Source of the DNA: Candidatus Krumholzibacteriia bacterium
GTDB lineage: Bacteria > Krumholzibacteriota > Krumholzibacteriia > LZORAL124-64-63
Length of the DNA stretch: 64,000 nucleotides
Direction: 5' to 3'
Assembly: GCA_035447065.1 (NCBI GenBank)
Contig: DAOTGJ010000004.1
Span: forward strand, 12,231-76,230
Part shown: positions 36,181 to 46,773 of the stretch, one piece after another
How positions within the stretch are numbered: position 1 is the stretch's first letter
How the letters are laid out: every line of letters begins with the position of its first letter
Made by a program: the position numbers and the translations under genes
Notes under the pieces: model-generated
Told to the model about the DNA's origin: nothing
What the model saw: the letters and a program-made list of their open reading frames with translations, nothing else
The model's database searches: none

Positions 36181-36903
36181 CTACGCGCCGAAGGCGGCGC
36201 CCTTGCCGTCCAGGGCCAGGTTGGCCAGGGCGTCCGCGTGGGAATTCTGGGCCCGGCGCACGTGGCGCACCAGGAAGCGGTCCAGATCCTGGCTCAGGCT
36301 CACCACCTGGCGGTAGTAGGGCAGCAGGTCCGGGCTCTTCACGCGGTACTGGCCGGTGAGCTGACGGGCGATGAGCTCGCTGTCCAGATGGAGCGTGAGC
36401 CTGGAGAGCTTCCACGCCGACGCGAACTGCAGCGCCCGCAGCACGGCCCGGTACTCGGCCACGTTGTTGGTGGCCTTGCCGATGGTCTCCGCGTGGGCGC
36501 AGAGCAGCTCCCCCTCCGGCAGGGCGAAGAGCACGCCGATGGAGGCGGGGCCGGGGTTGCCGCGGCTGGCGCCGTCGGTCCACACATGGAGCTGGGGATG
36601 GTCCTGGAGGTCCGCAGGGGTCAGGTCCACGCACGCGGAGAGCCCGGCCAGGGCTTCCGGCACGCCGGCGACGGCTGCGGGACGTGAGGCGGCGGGTTCG
36701 GCGTCCGCCGCGCGCGGCGCGTCGGTCTCGGGCGCGTCGGCCTCGGTCTCGCCCGTCTCCAGCTCCTTGCGCCAGCGCTTGAGGCTGCGGCGCAGGTCCC
36801 CGGGGGCCATGCCGCACTGCCGGGCCAGGGTGCGCAGGTTGTCGCTGCGCTCCAGGTGGAGCAGGAGCTCGCCCAGGGTGGTGGGCTTCTCCGCTTCGGT
36901 CAT
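36181..36903 (-). CDS. rnhA: ribonuclease HI family protein with a ~100-aa N-terminal extension
   Basis: RNase H catalytic block LHVWTDGASRGNPGPASIGVL...ATNNVAEYRAVLRAL...HADALANLA. The N-terminal domain MTEAEKPTTLGELLLHLERSDNLRTLARQCGMAPGDLRRSLKRWRKE... is of unknown type. Confidence 0.8.
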   Translation of the reverse strand: MTEAEKPTTLGELLLHLERSDNLRTLARQCGMAPGDLRRSLKRWRKELETGETEADAPETDAPRAADAEPAASRPAAVAGVPEALAGLSACVDLTPADLQDHPQLHVWTDGASRGNPGPASIGVLFALPEGELLCAHAETIGKATNNVAEYRAVLRALQFASAWKLSRLTLHLDSELIARQLTGQYRVKSPDLLPYYRQVVSLSQDLDRFLVRHVRRAQNSHADALANLALDGKGAAFGA

Positions 36904-36975
36904 GGGCGTCCTCCTGACACGAGAAAAGGGTGCCGAGGCACCCTCCCTGAACCGCTGCGGTGAAGAGTCAGAACG

Positions 36976-37052
36976 TGGTGGGCGATACTGGACTCGAACC
37001 AGTGACCTCTCGCGTGTGAGGCGAGCGCTCTAGCCAGCTGAGCTAATCGCCC
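36976..37052 (-). tRNA. tRNA-Val (anticodon CAC), CCA encoded
   Basis: Reverse strand GGGCGAUUAGCUCAGCUGGCUAGAGCGCUCGCCUCACACGCGAGAGGUCACUGGUUCGAGUCCAGUAUCGCCCACCA folds as a cloverleaf with anticodon loop CUCACAC. Confidence 0.9.
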
Positions 37053-37071
37053 ACGTTCTGGAGCCGGCGGT

Positions 37072-37147
37072 TGGTGGGCCCACCTGGATTTGAACCAGGG
37101 ACCGACCGGTTATGAGCCGGCTGCTCTGACCGCTGAGCTATGGGCCC
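37072..37147 (-). tRNA. tRNA-Met (anticodon CAU), elongator-type or tRNA-Ile2; G1-C72 paired so not an initiator
   Basis: Reverse strand GGGCCCAUAGCUCAGCGGUCAGAGCAGCCGGCUCAUAACCGGUCGGUCCCUGGUUCAAAUCCAGGUGGGCCCACCA. Confidence 0.85.
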
Positions 37148-37188
37148 TGTGACCCGGCGGCCAACAATAGTTCCTGACCCGCAGCCGG

Positions 37189-38829
37189 TCAAACGATTTC
37201 CGAGTACCCCTTGAGTTTCCGGCAGCGGCTGGGATGCCGCAGCTTGCGCAGGGCCTTGGCCTCGATCTGCCGCACGCGCTCGCGCGTGACCTGGAAGATG
37301 GAGCCCACCTCCTCCAGCGTCCGCGGCGTGCCGTCCCCCAGGCCGAAGCGCAGGCGGATGACCTTCTCCTCCCGGCGCGACAGGGTGCTCAGCACGCGCC
37401 GCAGCTGCTCCTTGAGCATGGCGTGGGCCGCCACCTTGTGGGGCGACAGGGCCATGGTGTCCTCGATGAAGTCGCCCAGGCTGCTGTCCTCGTCCTCGCC
37501 GATGGGCCGGTCCAGGGACACGGGCTCCATGCTGGCCTTGAGCACGCCGCTGACCTTCTCCAGGGGCATGTCCAGGGCGCGGGCGATCTCCTCCGGCGAG
37601 GGGTCGCGTCCCAGCTCCTGCACGAGCTGGCGCTGCACCCGGTTCACCTTGTTGATCGCCTCGATCATGTGCACCGGCACGCGGATGGTGCGCGCCTGGT
37701 CCGCGATGGCGCGGGTGATGGCCTGGCGGATCCACCACGTGGCGTACGTGGAGAACTTGTAGCCCTTGCGGTAGTCGAACTTCTCCACCGCGCGCATCAG
37801 GCCGCTGTTGCCCTCCTGGATGAGGTCCAGGAATTCCAGGCCGCGGTTCGTGTAGCGCTTGGCGATGGAGATCACCAGCCGCACGTTGGCCTCGATCATC
37901 TCGCGCTGGGCCGTGTCCACCTCGCGGCGGCCGGCCTGGATCTGGGCGGACTTGAGCGCGATCTCGGCGGCGTCGAAGCCCACCTCGCGCTCCACGTCGC
38001 CGATCTGCTTGCGCAGCCCGCGGGCGGCGGCGCTGCCCTTGGCCTCGGCGTCGATGCGCGCCTTGAGGTCCTCCACCTTCTGGTGGATCAGCACCAGGCG
38101 GTTGGCGAGCTGGTCCACCAGCTGGGGCGAGAGGTGCAGGGCGTGGAACAGCTCCTCCACCTTGCGCTCCCGCGACTGGATCATGCGCGTGAGCGTGGCC
38201 GTGCGCGTGCGGTCCTTGCAGCGCTTGAGCTCCTTGCGCTGCTCGTCCAGCTCCTCGTTCATCTTCAGGATGCGGTCCACGGCCTTCTGGATCCGCGCGC
38301 CCTCCTTGCGGGGCGAGTGGTGCACGTTCCAGGTGCTGCTGTCGTGCTGCACCACCTCGTCCACCATGATGCTCTCGTTCTGGAGCTGGGCGGCGTACTG
38401 GCGCAGCTCCTTGAGCGTCAGCGGACTGCTGGCGATGGCCTCGAGCACCGCGTGCTGGCCGTCCTCCATGCGCTTGGCCAGGTCCACCTCGCCCTGGCGC
38501 GTGAGCAGGGGCACGCGGCCCATCTCGCGCAGGTACATGCGCACCGGATCGTCGTACTTGACGTTGGTGCGCTGCGCCTTGCGCTGCTGCTGCACCTTCT
38601 TGCGCTGCTTCGCCTTCTCCTTGGCGCGTTTGCGCTCGGCGTCCTCCGCCGAATCGAAGAAGTCGATCTTGATCTCGGTGAGCTTCTCGTAGACCTCGTC
38701 CAGAAGCTCGATGTCGATGTCGTCGTCCTCGATCAGCGCGTTGATCTGCTCGTGCAGCACGAAGCCGCCGTTCTCGCTGGCGATCTTGCGGATCTTGTCG
38801 ACGAAGGGCTCCAACTTGGCATGGCTCAT
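37189..38829 (-). CDS. rpoD: RNA polymerase sigma factor RpoD (sigma-70)
   Basis: Regions 1.2 to 4 are present: ..[54 protein letters not shown].. and the region 4 HTH ..[30 protein letters not shown].. Confidence 0.95.
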   Translation of the reverse strand: MSHAKLEPFVDKIRKIASENGGFVLHEQINALIEDDDIDIELLDEVYEKLTEIKIDFFDSAEDAERKRAKEKAKQRKKVQQQRKAQRTNVKYDDPVRMYLREMGRVPLLTRQGEVDLAKRMEDGQHAVLEAIASSPLTLKELRQYAAQLQNESIMVDEVVQHDSSTWNVHHSPRKEGARIQKAVDRILKMNEELDEQRKELKRCKDRTRTATLTRMIQSRERKVEELFHALHLSPQLVDQLANRLVLIHQKVEDLKARIDAEAKGSAAARGLRKQIGDVEREVGFDAAEIALKSAQIQAGRREVDTAQREMIEANVRLVISIAKRYTNRGLEFLDLIQEGNSGLMRAVEKFDYRKGYKFSTYATWWIRQAITRAIADQARTIRVPVHMIEAINKVNRVQRQLVQELGRDPSPEEIARALDMPLEKVSGVLKASMEPVSLDRPIGEDEDSSLGDFIEDTMALSPHKVAAHAMLKEQLRRVLSTLSRREEKVIRLRFGLGDGTPRTLEEVGSIFQVTRERVRQIEAKALRKLRHPSRCRKLKGYSEIV

Positions 38830-38836
38830 GAACGAT

Positions 38837-40603
38837 CTATTCCCCCTCCCGCCGGGCGTGGGCGCGCAAGGCCTCCAGCTCCCGACGGCGGTTGCGGACC
38901 TGTTCCAGCCGCTGATGACAGTCGCGGACGATTCCCTCGTGATCGGCAGCTACCGCTCCTTCTTGATCGTTGAGCAGATCGGCGACGCCCTGCCGGTAGG
39001 CGTCGTCCCGCTCGTGCCACCGCGCCTGGACGAAGACCGCGGGGGCCGGGGCCGCGCCCCGCTCCCGCTCCTCCTCCCAATCGGTGAGGTCGTCCCGCAG
39101 CATCCGGACCCAGGCCGGCGCCACGTTGTAGGGGACCTCCGCGGCCAGCAGGGCCAGGGCGGCCTTGCCGGCGTCATCCTGCAGGGCGTGCACCAGCATC
39201 TGGCGCACCAGCCGCCAGGGGTCCACCCCCAGCAGCCGTTCCTGGGCTTCCGGCGGCGGCGGGGCCGACGGCCGCGGCGCCGGGCCGGGATCCGCGCCCT
39301 CGCGCGCGCCCGGGGCGCCGGCGTCCCGACGCTCCACCTCCCGCAGGACCACCTCGCGCGGCAGCTCGAACACCGCCGCGCACTCCTCCACCAGGTAGGC
39401 CCGCCGCACCGGATCCGGCACGCCGGCCAGGGTCTGCAGGGCCGTCTTGGCCGCCCGTTCCACGCCCTCGCGCCCCAGGCCGCTCTCGTCGGCCAGCCGC
39501 CGCAGCAGGGGCAGGTACGTGGGCGCGGCCTCCAGGATCTCCGTCAGGGCCGCCGCGTCGCGGGAGCCCAGGAAGGAGTCGGGATCCTCGCCGTCGGGCA
39601 GCAGGGCCACGTGGGGCTCCAGCCCGGCGGCCAGGGCCTGGGCCGCGGCCTTCACGGCGGCCTTGCGTCCTGCACGATCGCCGTCGAACAGCACGTACAG
39701 GGTCCGGCAGCCGCGATGCAGCGTCCGGGCCTGCTCCTCGGTGAACGCGGTGCCGCAGGTGGCCACGCTGTTGGTGAATCCCGCCTGCGCCAGGGCCATG
39801 AGATCCAGGTACCCCTCCACCAGGATGGCCTTGCGGTGCCGGGCGATGGGGATGCGCGAATGGGCGAACCCGTACAGGAGCTGACGCTTGTTGAAGTACG
39901 GATTCTCGGCCGTGTTCAGGTACTTGGGTTCCCCGTCCGCCAGGATGCGCCCCCCGAAGCCCGCCACGCGTTGCGCGACGTTCTTGACCGGAAAGATAAC
40001 CCGGTTGCGGAAATAGGCAAAAGGCGCGCCGCCGTCGCGGGCGCGAAGCAGATCGGCGCGCAGGGCCAGGTCCCGCCCCACCCCCTTGCGCTCCAGTTCT
40101 CCGGCCAGCCAGCCGGCCGGACCGCGGGCGAATCCCACCTGGTAGCGGCGCACGATCTCCTCGGCGAAGCCGCGTCCCTCCAGGTAGGCGCGGGCCTCGG
40201 CTCCGGCGTCGGACCAGTAGTCCTCCTCCCAGATCTCCGTGGCCGCCTCCAGGGCGCGGAAGTAGGCCTGCCGCTCCCCCTCGCCCTCGTCGTTCTCGGT
40301 CAGGTAGCGGGCCAGGTCGATGTTCAGGGGCCGCGCCAGCACCTCGATGGCCTCGGGGAAGGCCAGGCCCTGGAGCTTCATGAGGAAGGAGATGGCGTCG
40401 CCGCCCTCGCCGCAGCCGAAGCACTTGTAGATCTGCCGCTGGGGGTTGACGTGGAAACTCGGGGTGCGTTCGCGATGGAAGGGGCACAGCCCCTTGAAGG
40501 ACGTGCCGGCGGGCTTGAGGGTGACGTACTCCCTCACCACGGAGACGATGTCCGTCTCCTCCTTGATGCGCGTCACGATGTCCCTGGGAAGAACGGGCAC
40601 CAC
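38837..40603 (-). CDS. dnaG: DNA primase DnaG (probable GTG start)
   Basis: CHC2 zinc finger [30 protein letters not shown], Toprim domain (..[24 protein letters not shown]..). The track ORF 38837..42754 reads through upstream with no ATG. The first GTG (40603) or second GTG (40600) is preceded by GGGGAG. 588 aa. Confidence 0.85.
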   Translation of the reverse strand: MVPVLPRDIVTRIKEETDIVSVVREYVTLKPAGTSFKGLCPFHRERTPSFHVNPQRQIYKCFGCGEGGDAISFLMKLQGLAFPEAIEVLARPLNIDLARYLTENDEGEGERQAYFRALEAATEIWEEDYWSDAGAEARAYLEGRGFAEEIVRRYQVGFARGPAGWLAGELERKGVGRDLALRADLLRARDGGAPFAYFRNRVIFPVKNVAQRVAGFGGRILADGEPKYLNTAENPYFNKRQLLYGFAHSRIPIARHRKAILVEGYLDLMALAQAGFTNSVATCGTAFTEEQARTLHRGCRTLYVLFDGDRAGRKAAVKAAAQALAAGLEPHVALLPDGEDPDSFLGSRDAAALTEILEAAPTYLPLLRRLADESGLGREGVERAAKTALQTLAGVPDPVRRAYLVEECAAVFELPREVVLREVERRDAGAPGAREGADPGPAPRPSAPPPPEAQERLLGVDPWRLVRQMLVHALQDDAGKAALALLAAEVPYNVAPAWVRMLRDDLTDWEEERERGAAPAPAVFVQARWHERDDAYRQGVADLLNDQEGAVAADHEGIVRDCHQRLEQVRNRRRELEALRAHARREGE

Positions 40604-40679
40604 GCGACTCCCCGGCCTGATGCGGATCCCACGACGATGTGACCCCACAACGTACCAGAGAACGCGGCAAAAGTCCAAT

Positions 40680-40696
40680 GGGCCGGGCGCCGGCCC
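40680..40696 (-). terminator. candidate intrinsic terminator hairpin downstream of mutS2
   Basis: GGGCCGG-GCG-CCGGCCC is a perfect 7-bp GC stem, followed on the coding strand by AUUGGACUUUUGCC. Confidence 0.35.
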
Positions 40697-40698
40697 GC

Positions 40699-43125
40699 TC
40701 AGACCTCCGCCAGCCGGACCACGCTGCAGCCGTCGCCGCCGGCGTCGGGAGCGGCGTCGCGCACGGAGTCCACGCGCGCGTCGGCCGCCAGCAGGCGGCG
40801 CAGGTGCGCCTTGAGGCGGCCGGTGCCGTGGCCGTGGATCACGCGGATCTCGCGGGTGCCGGCGGGGATGGCCCGGTCCAGCAGGCGGTCCAGGGCGTCC
40901 CAGCCCTCGTCGGCGCGGTAGCCGCGCAGGTCCAGCTCCTGCTCCAGGGGGGCGTCGGCGTCGCGCCAACGCCAGGCGCCGGCGGCGGAGGACGGCGTCG
41001 GGGCCGGGTCCGCGGTGCGGGCCGGCTTGCCGGGCTGCAGGGACTCCACGTCGCCGCGGCCCAGGGTCAGGCGGGTGCCGTGGGCGTCCACCACCAGGCG
41101 GTCGCCGCGCACCTCCATCACGCGGCCGGTCCAGCCCAGGTGCGGCACGCGCACCTGGTCGCCCTCGGCCACGCGGTCCGCGGCCGGGATCGCGGGCGCG
41201 TCGGGCAGGGCCCGGGCCAGGGCGTCCAGCCGCGCGCGGCCCGCCTTGATGGCCTCGCCGCTGGCGCCGCCGCTGCGGATCTCCCGCACCACGCCCTCCA
41301 GGGTGCTGCGGGCCTCCTTGAGGAAGGCCTCCCCCTCGCGGCGGGTGCGGGCCAGCACGAGCTTCTTCTCCTTCTCCAACCCGTCCAGCCGCGCCTCCAG
41401 GGCCGACGCATGCCGCGCCGCCTCGGCGGTGCGCTGCGCGAGCTCGGCCTCGGTCTCCGCCAGCCGCCGCGTGCGCGTGCCCAGCTCCGCCAGCAGGTTC
41501 TCCACGCGGAAGCGGTCCTCTCCCACGCGGGCGCGGGCCTTGGCCAGCAGATCCGCGGGCAGGCCCAGCCGCGAGGCGATGGCGAAGGCGTGGCTCGCCC
41601 CCGGCACCCCCAGGCGCAGGCTGAACAGGGGGCTCAGGGTCTCCTCGTCGAAGTCCATGGCGGCGTTGACCATGGCCGGGTGCTCGTCCACCGCCGCCTT
41701 GAGCACGCCGTAATGGGTGGAGGCCAGCACCAGCGCGCCGCGGGCCACCAGCTCCTCCAGCACGCCGAAGGCCAGGGCCGTGCCCTCGTCCGGATCCGTG
41801 CCGCTGCCGATCTCGTCGCAGAGGACCAGGGCGTCGGGGCCGGCCAGCTCCAGGAAGCGGCCCAGGTGGTCCAGGTGGGCGGAGAAGCTGCTCAGGGAGC
41901 GGGTGATGGATTGGTCGTCGCCCAGGTCCACGCAGAGGCGGCGCACCAGGGGCAGGCGCGTGCCCGGCTGCGCCGGCACGTCCCATCCGCTCTGGGCCAG
42001 CAGCACGGCCACGCCCACGCCCTTCAGGGCCACGCTCTTGCCGCCGGCGTTGGGACCGCTGATGACCACGGCGCGGCGGCCCTCGGGCCAGGCCAGGGTC
42101 AGCGGCACCACCTGCGCGGGATCCTCCAAACGGGCCAGCAGCAGGGGGTGGCGCAGGCCGTGCAGGTCGGGTCGGGCGCCGGGCTCCAACGGCGCGCGCA
42201 CGCCGCGCACGGCGCGGCTCCACAGCACGGCGGCCTGGGCCTCGTCCAGGCGCAGCAGCAGCCGCGATGCGGAAGCCAGGTCCTCCGCGCGGCCTTCCAC
42301 CACGCCGTTCAGCTCCAGGAGGATGCGCTCCACCTCGGCCGCGGCGTCCAGACGGGCTTCCACCAGGTCGTTCTGGAGCTGCACCACCTCCGCGGGCTCC
42401 ACGTACACGGTGCCGCCGGTGGCGGAACGGTCGTGCACGATGCCGTCCACGCGGCGGCGGGCGCCGGCCTGCAGGGGCAGGCAGAAGCGGTCGCCGCGCA
42501 GGGTCACCTCGGGGCCGTTGATCCAGCCCTTGGCGCGGGCGCGGTCCATGGCGCGGGCCACGGCCTCGCGGGCCTGCTGCTCGCGGTCGCGCTCGGTGCG
42601 GCGCAGGGCGCGCAGACGGGGGGTGGCGTCGTCCTTCACGCGGCCGTCGCGGTCCAGCATGGCCAGGATGCGGCCGTGCACGGGGTCCAGGGACGTCAGC
42701 AGGCCGGCCGCCGCGGACCAGTCCGGCGCCGCGTCGGACCGACGCAGGGCCCACTGGCGGCAGGCGTCCAGGTCCCGGGACAGCACGGCCACGTGCAGAA
42801 GCTCCTCCCCGGCCAGGCGCCAGGGCCGCGGCCGCTCCAGGAGGTCCAGCAGGTCCGAGGGATCGCTCAGCGGAGGCGCGTCGTCGTCCGCGAGGGCGGC
42901 GCGCACCTGGTCCTGCAGGCGGTGCCGCTGGTCGATGGCCGCCGCCGCGGTGAAGGGGCGTCGCGCGCGCAGGGCCCCGGCGCCGCGACGCGTGCGGGCG
43001 TAGGCCGCCACCTGGGCCGCCACCCGCTCCCAGCCCAGCAGGCGCAGGGCCCGCGCGTGCTCGGCGTCGTCGGTCAGCACGGCGGCGTGCTCGGCGGTCT
43101 CCAGCTCGCGCAGCAGGGGGATCAC
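40699..43125 (-). CDS. mutS2: endonuclease MutS2 (MutS domain plus C-terminal Smr domain)
   Basis: Walker A ISGPNAGGKSVALK, Walker B LVLCDEIGSGTDPDEG, STHYGVLK, and the C-terminal Smr domain EIRVIHGHGTGRLKAHLRRLLAAD. 808 aa. Confidence 0.9.
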   Translation of the reverse strand: MIPLLRELETAEHAAVLTDDAEHARALRLLGWERVAAQVAAYARTRRGAGALRARRPFTAAAAIDQRHRLQDQVRAALADDDAPPLSDPSDLLDLLERPRPWRLAGEELLHVAVLSRDLDACRQWALRRSDAAPDWSAAAGLLTSLDPVHGRILAMLDRDGRVKDDATPRLRALRRTERDREQQAREAVARAMDRARAKGWINGPEVTLRGDRFCLPLQAGARRRVDGIVHDRSATGGTVYVEPAEVVQLQNDLVEARLDAAAEVERILLELNGVVEGRAEDLASASRLLLRLDEAQAAVLWSRAVRGVRAPLEPGARPDLHGLRHPLLLARLEDPAQVVPLTLAWPEGRRAVVISGPNAGGKSVALKGVGVAVLLAQSGWDVPAQPGTRLPLVRRLCVDLGDDQSITRSLSSFSAHLDHLGRFLELAGPDALVLCDEIGSGTDPDEGTALAFGVLEELVARGALVLASTHYGVLKAAVDEHPAMVNAAMDFDEETLSPLFSLRLGVPGASHAFAIASRLGLPADLLAKARARVGEDRFRVENLLAELGTRTRRLAETEAELAQRTAEAARHASALEARLDGLEKEKKLVLARTRREGEAFLKEARSTLEGVVREIRSGGASGEAIKAGRARLDALARALPDAPAIPAADRVAEGDQVRVPHLGWTGRVMEVRGDRLVVDAHGTRLTLGRGDVESLQPGKPARTADPAPTPSSAAGAWRWRDADAPLEQELDLRGYRADEGWDALDRLLDRAIPAGTREIRVIHGHGTGRLKAHLRRLLAADARVDSVRDAAPDAGGDGCSVVRLAEV

Positions 43126-43129
43126 GGGC

Positions 43130-43705
43130 TCAGTCCTTGCCGCCGACGCGGCCGGCCGCCGCCGCGGCGTCGCGGCCCAGATCGCCGGCCGATTCGGCGC
43201 CGTCGCGCAGCAGGCGCTCCAGCTCCTTGTCCTCGCCGTTGACGAAGCTCCACAGGGCCGGCGCCACGCCGCGCACGAAGCCCGGCAGGGGTTCGTCGGC
43301 GAGCATGTCCCGCAGGCGGTCGTTGCCGGGCACCGCGGCGCCCAGCACCAGCAGCACGCTCAGGATCACCGCGCCCACGCCCAGGCCGAAGAGGGCGCCC
43401 CCGGTACGGTCCACCCAGCCCAGGATGGTGGCGCCCACGGCCTTGCTCACGGCCCAGGCCACCAGCTTGGCCACCAGGAAGCCCACGCCCACCACCACCA
43501 GCCAGCCGGCCACCAGCGACGCGGTGCGAGGCAGGCCGGTGGCCTCCGCCACGGCCAGGCCGGCGTCGTTGCCGAAGCGCGAGGCCAGCAGCACGGCCAC
43601 GCACAGGCCCGCCAGCTCCAGCACCCGCTTGATGAGGCCCGCGCGCCAGCCGGCCGCCGCCGTCACCAGCAGGACCAGCGCCACCGCCGCGCTCAGCCAG
43701 GGCAC
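43130..43705 (-). CDS. cvpA: CvpA family membrane protein
   Basis: 191 aa with four predicted TM helices, spacing and size like CvpA. Weak motif-level support only. Confidence 0.5.
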   Translation of the reverse strand: MPWLSAAVALVLLVTAAAGWRAGLIKRVLELAGLCVAVLLASRFGNDAGLAVAEATGLPRTASLVAGWLVVVGVGFLVAKLVAWAVSKAVGATILGWVDRTGGALFGLGVGAVILSVLLVLGAAVPGNDRLRDMLADEPLPGFVRGVAPALWSFVNGEDKELERLLRDGAESAGDLGRDAAAAAGRVGGKD

Positions 43706-43709
43706 GGCG

Positions 43710-44165
43710 TCACCCCGCCAGCAGGCGCTTGACGACGGCGCTGACGCGCGCGCCCTCGGCCTGCCCGGCGGTGCGGGCCAGCGTGGCCTTGATGGCCTGG
43801 CCCATGTCCTTCATGGAGGTGGCGCCAACCTCGGCGATGGCGTCGCGGGCGTGGGCCTCCAACGCGGCGTCGTCCAGCTCCGTCGGGAGGAACTCCTGCA
43901 CCACGCCCAGCTCGTAGTCCGCCGCGGCCACCATGGCCTCGCGACCGGCGTCCACGGCGCCCTGGCGGGCGTCCTTCACCTTCTTGGCGTGGCTGCGCAG
44001 GATGGCGATGAGCCCCTGGTCGTCGGGCTCGGTGCGGGTGTCCACCTCCACCTGCTTCACCGCCGCCTGCAGCATGCGCAGCACCTGCAGGCGCTCCTTG
44101 TCCTTGGCCTTCATGGCCGCCACGGTGGCCTGCTGCAGACGCGTCGCGATCTCGCTCTTCGCCAT
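43710..44165 (-). CDS. yqeY: GatB/YqeY domain-containing protein
   Basis: 151 aa: ..ATVAAMKAKDKERLQVLRMLQAAVKQVEVD.., ending ..AVVKRLLAG, typical of the YqeY family. Confidence 0.75.
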   Translation of the reverse strand: MAKSEIATRLQQATVAAMKAKDKERLQVLRMLQAAVKQVEVDTRTEPDDQGLIAILRSHAKKVKDARQGAVDAGREAMVAAADYELGVVQEFLPTELDDAALEAHARDAIAEVGATSMKDMGQAIKATLARTAGQAEGARVSAVVKRLLAG

Positions 44166-44209
44166 GGTCCGTCATCCTTTCCCGCCGCCCGTCGCGGGCG
44201 GCCGTGGGA

Positions 44210-45010
44210 TCATGCCCCGGGAGCGGGGCGGGGTCCAGCGTCCGCTGCGAGCAGGGCCTCGCGCCGGGCGGACAGGAGCATCAGGCCGGCGGCCGCCGCG
44301 GTGGCGGTGCGCAGGCGGTGGGGTCCCAGGCGCACGGCCCGGCCGTGGGCGGCCAGCAGATCCGACTCGTGGTCGTCCCAGCCGCCCTCGGGGCCCACGC
44401 ACCAGACCAGGGCCGGCGGCGCCGCGCCGGCGGCGGCGGCCACCGCGGCCGGGGTCGCCAGGGCGGGATCCAGGGCGGGGCGGTTGCGGTCGCGGGCGCG
44501 GCCGTAGAAGACCTCCCCCGGCGCCGCGGCCAGGAAGCCGGCCAGGTCCATGGGCTCCGCCAGGTCCGGGCACCAGGTGCGGCCCGACTGCTTCAGCGCC
44601 GTGAGCAGGATGGTCCGCCAGCGGCGCTGGCGCCCGGCGCCGGGATCCACCTCGGCGCGCTGGGCCAGCAGCGGCACGACGGCGTGGGCGCCCAGCTCCA
44701 CCGCCGCTTCCAGCAGCCCCTCCCAGCGCTTGCCCTTGATCAGCCCGCAGGCCAGGACCAGCCGCGGCGTGCGCAGCTCGTCCTCGTCGCGCCGCACCTC
44801 CACCACGCGCACGCGGGCGGCGCGCGCGTCGCCGCCGGTGAGCTCCGCCGTGAAGGCGTGGCCGCGGCCGTCGGTCAGCAGCACGCGGTGGCCGGGGCGG
44901 GCGCGCAGGACCCTCAGCAGGTGGCGGCTCTCCTCCTCGCCCAGGAGCCGCTCCTCGCCCGGGGCGGGCAGGCCGTCGGGGGCGTCGGGATCCAGATAGA
45001 ACTGCCGCAC
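44210..45010 (-). CDS. rsmE: 16S rRNA (uracil1498-N3)-methyltransferase RsmE (probable GTG start)
   Basis: VRQFYLDPD...RHLLRVLRARPGHRVLLTDGRGHAFTAELT...LACGLIKGKRWE...ALVWCVGPEGGW. GGAGG lies 6 nt upstream of the GTG at 45010. The track ORF over-extends into dnaJ. Confidence 0.8.
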   Translation of the reverse strand: MRQFYLDPDAPDGLPAPGEERLLGEEESRHLLRVLRARPGHRVLLTDGRGHAFTAELTGGDARAARVRVVEVRRDEDELRTPRLVLACGLIKGKRWEGLLEAAVELGAHAVVPLLAQRAEVDPGAGRQRRWRTILLTALKQSGRTWCPDLAEPMDLAGFLAAAPGEVFYGRARDRNRPALDPALATPAAVAAAAGAAPPALVWCVGPEGGWDDHESDLLAAHGRAVRLGPHRLRTATAAAAGLMLLSARREALLAADAGPRPAPGA

Positions 45011-45024
45011 CGTCGGCCTCCGGT

Positions 45025-46155
45025 CTAGGAGAAGAGATCGCGCCGCGGCGCCGGGACCTGATCGCGCAGGCGGCCCGCCACGGCCTCCAGCTCCTTCTTC
45101 ATGGCCCCGCCCACGTCCTGGGGGGTCCAGGCGATCACGCGCACCAGCTGGTCGCCCTGCCCGCCCTGGTTGAGGCGGGGCAGCCCCTTGCCGCGCAGGC
45201 GGAAGATCTTGTGGGTCTGGGTGCCGGCCGGGACCTTGAGGGCCACGCGGCCGTCCAGGGTGGGCACCTCCACGCGGGCGCCCAGGGCCAGGTCCGCCGG
45301 GGAGATGGGCAGGTCCAGCAGCAGGTCGTCGCCGTGGCGCTCGAAGACCGGGTGCTCCGCCACGTTCATCACCACGCGCAGGTCGCCGGCCGGGCCGCCG
45401 AACTGGCCGGCGTCGCCGCGGCCCGCGAGCTCCATGAAGTTGCCCGTGGACACGCCCTTGGGGATGCGCACCTCCACGGTCTCCTCTCCGCGCAGCGTGC
45501 CGGTGCCGTGGCACTCGGTGCAGGGGTCGGTCACGGTGGTGCCGCGGCCCTGGCAGCGCGGGCAGGCGGACTCGGTGACCATCTGGCCCAGCAGGGAGCG
45601 TCGCACCTGGCGCACGCGTCCCATGCCGTTGCACTGGGCGCAGGGGGCGGGCTTGCTGCCGGCACGGGCGCCGCTGCCCTCGCAGGTGCCGCAGCGCACC
45701 TGCTTGCGCAGCTTGATCTTCTTGCGCGCGCCCTCGGCCACCTCGTCCAGGGTGAGCTCCACCTTGACCTGCAGGTCGTGGCCGCGGTTGACCGAGGCGC
45801 CGCCCCCGCCCATGCCGCCGCCGAACATGTCGCCGAAGCCGCCGAAGTTGCGCAGGAAGGACTCCAGGGCGTCGTTGATGTCGAAGCCGCCGGCGCCGAA
45901 TCCGCCGGCGCCGAACCCGCCGCCCTGATCGAAGGCCGCGTGGCCGAACTGGTCGTACTTCTGGCGCTCCGCCGGATCCTTCAGCACCTCGTAGGCCTCG
46001 GTGGCCTCGCGGAACTTCTCCGCGGCGGTGGGATCGTCCGGGTTGCGGTCGGGATGGTACTTCACCGCGAGCTTGCGGTAGGCCTTCTTGATGTCGGTCT
46101 CAGTGGCGCCGCGCTCCACGCCCAGGATCTCATAGAAGTCGCGCTTGGGGCTCAT
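45025..46155 (-). CDS. dnaJ: molecular chaperone DnaJ
   Basis: J domain [38 protein letters not shown] region, four CxxCxGxG zinc-finger repeats. 376 aa. Confidence 0.95.
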   Translation of the reverse strand: MSPKRDFYEILGVERGATETDIKKAYRKLAVKYHPDRNPDDPTAAEKFREATEAYEVLKDPAERQKYDQFGHAAFDQGGGFGAGGFGAGGFDINDALESFLRNFGGFGDMFGGGMGGGGASVNRGHDLQVKVELTLDEVAEGARKKIKLRKQVRCGTCEGSGARAGSKPAPCAQCNGMGRVRQVRRSLLGQMVTESACPRCQGRGTTVTDPCTECHGTGTLRGEETVEVRIPKGVSTGNFMELAGRGDAGQFGGPAGDLRVVMNVAEHPVFERHGDDLLLDLPISPADLALGARVEVPTLDGRVALKVPAGTQTHKIFRLRGKGLPRLNQGGQGDQLVRVIAWTPQDVGGAMKKELEAVAGRLRDQVPAPRRDLFS

Positions 46156-46170
46156 GGGTCCTCCGTGTTC

Positions 46171-46731
46171 CTACTGTGCCACCACCACGCGCGCCGGACG
46201 CAGCACGCGGTCGCCGAGACGGTACCCGGCCAGCACCACGTCCACCACGGCGCCCGAGGGCACGTCGCCGCCGGGGATCTGTGCCACGGCCTCATGCTCG
46301 CGCGGGTCGAACTCGTCGCCGGCGCCCACGGTCAGCCGCTCCACGCCGCGGCGGGTCAGGGCGTCGCGCAGGCGCGCCTCGATCATGGCCACGCCCTGGC
46401 GGATGGCGGCGGCGGGGCCGTCGGCCTCGCCCTCTTCGCCGGCGGCGGCCAGGGCGCGCTCCACGTCGTCCAGGACCTCCAGCATGTCGCGCACCACGTC
46501 GGCGGTGGCGAAGGCGTGGGCGTCCTGCACCTCGCGGCGCGTGCGCTTGCGGAGGTTGTCCATCTCCGCGGCGGCGCGCAGCAGGCGGTCGCGGGCCTCG
46601 TCGCGCTCGCGCTCCAGATCCGCCAGAGGATCGGCGGCGGGATCGGCGTCGTTCTCCGCGGCGTCCGCGGCGGCAGCGTCGGGCTGCAGCTCGGTCTCGG
46701 GCTCGTGCTCAGGCGTCCGGGAATCCGGCAT
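46171..46731 (-). CDS. grpE: nucleotide exchange factor GrpE
   Basis: 186 aa, with the coiled-coil ..LERERDEARDRLLRAAAEMDNLRKRTRRE.. and the C-terminal beta domain. Confidence 0.85.
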   Translation of the reverse strand: MPDSRTPEHEPETELQPDAAAADAAENDADPAADPLADLERERDEARDRLLRAAAEMDNLRKRTRREVQDAHAFATADVVRDMLEVLDDVERALAAAGEEGEADGPAAAIRQGVAMIEARLRDALTRRGVERLTVGAGDEFDPREHEAVAQIPGGDVPSGAVVDVVLAGYRLGDRVLRPARVVVAQ

Positions 46732-46773
46732 GGTTCGGGTCTCCTTCGTCGTCGGGTCGGGGTGCGTGCGTCG

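Noticed and set aside
35477-36687. Plus-strand ORFs 35477..36133 and 35812..36687, and minus-strand ORF 35583..35879
   Set aside because: They overlap the RNase P RNA gene and the rnhA antisense. No protein signal.
40604-42754. Upstream ~715 codons of the 1305-aa minus-strand ORF 38837..42754
   Set aside because: This is the dnaG reading frame running, with no ATG, through the mutS2 gene in a different frame. The MutS2 frame (40699..43125) carries the Walker A/B and Smr motifs, so the read-through is an open-frame artefact.
40639-43242. 867-aa plus-strand ORF
   Set aside because: Antisense to mutS2.
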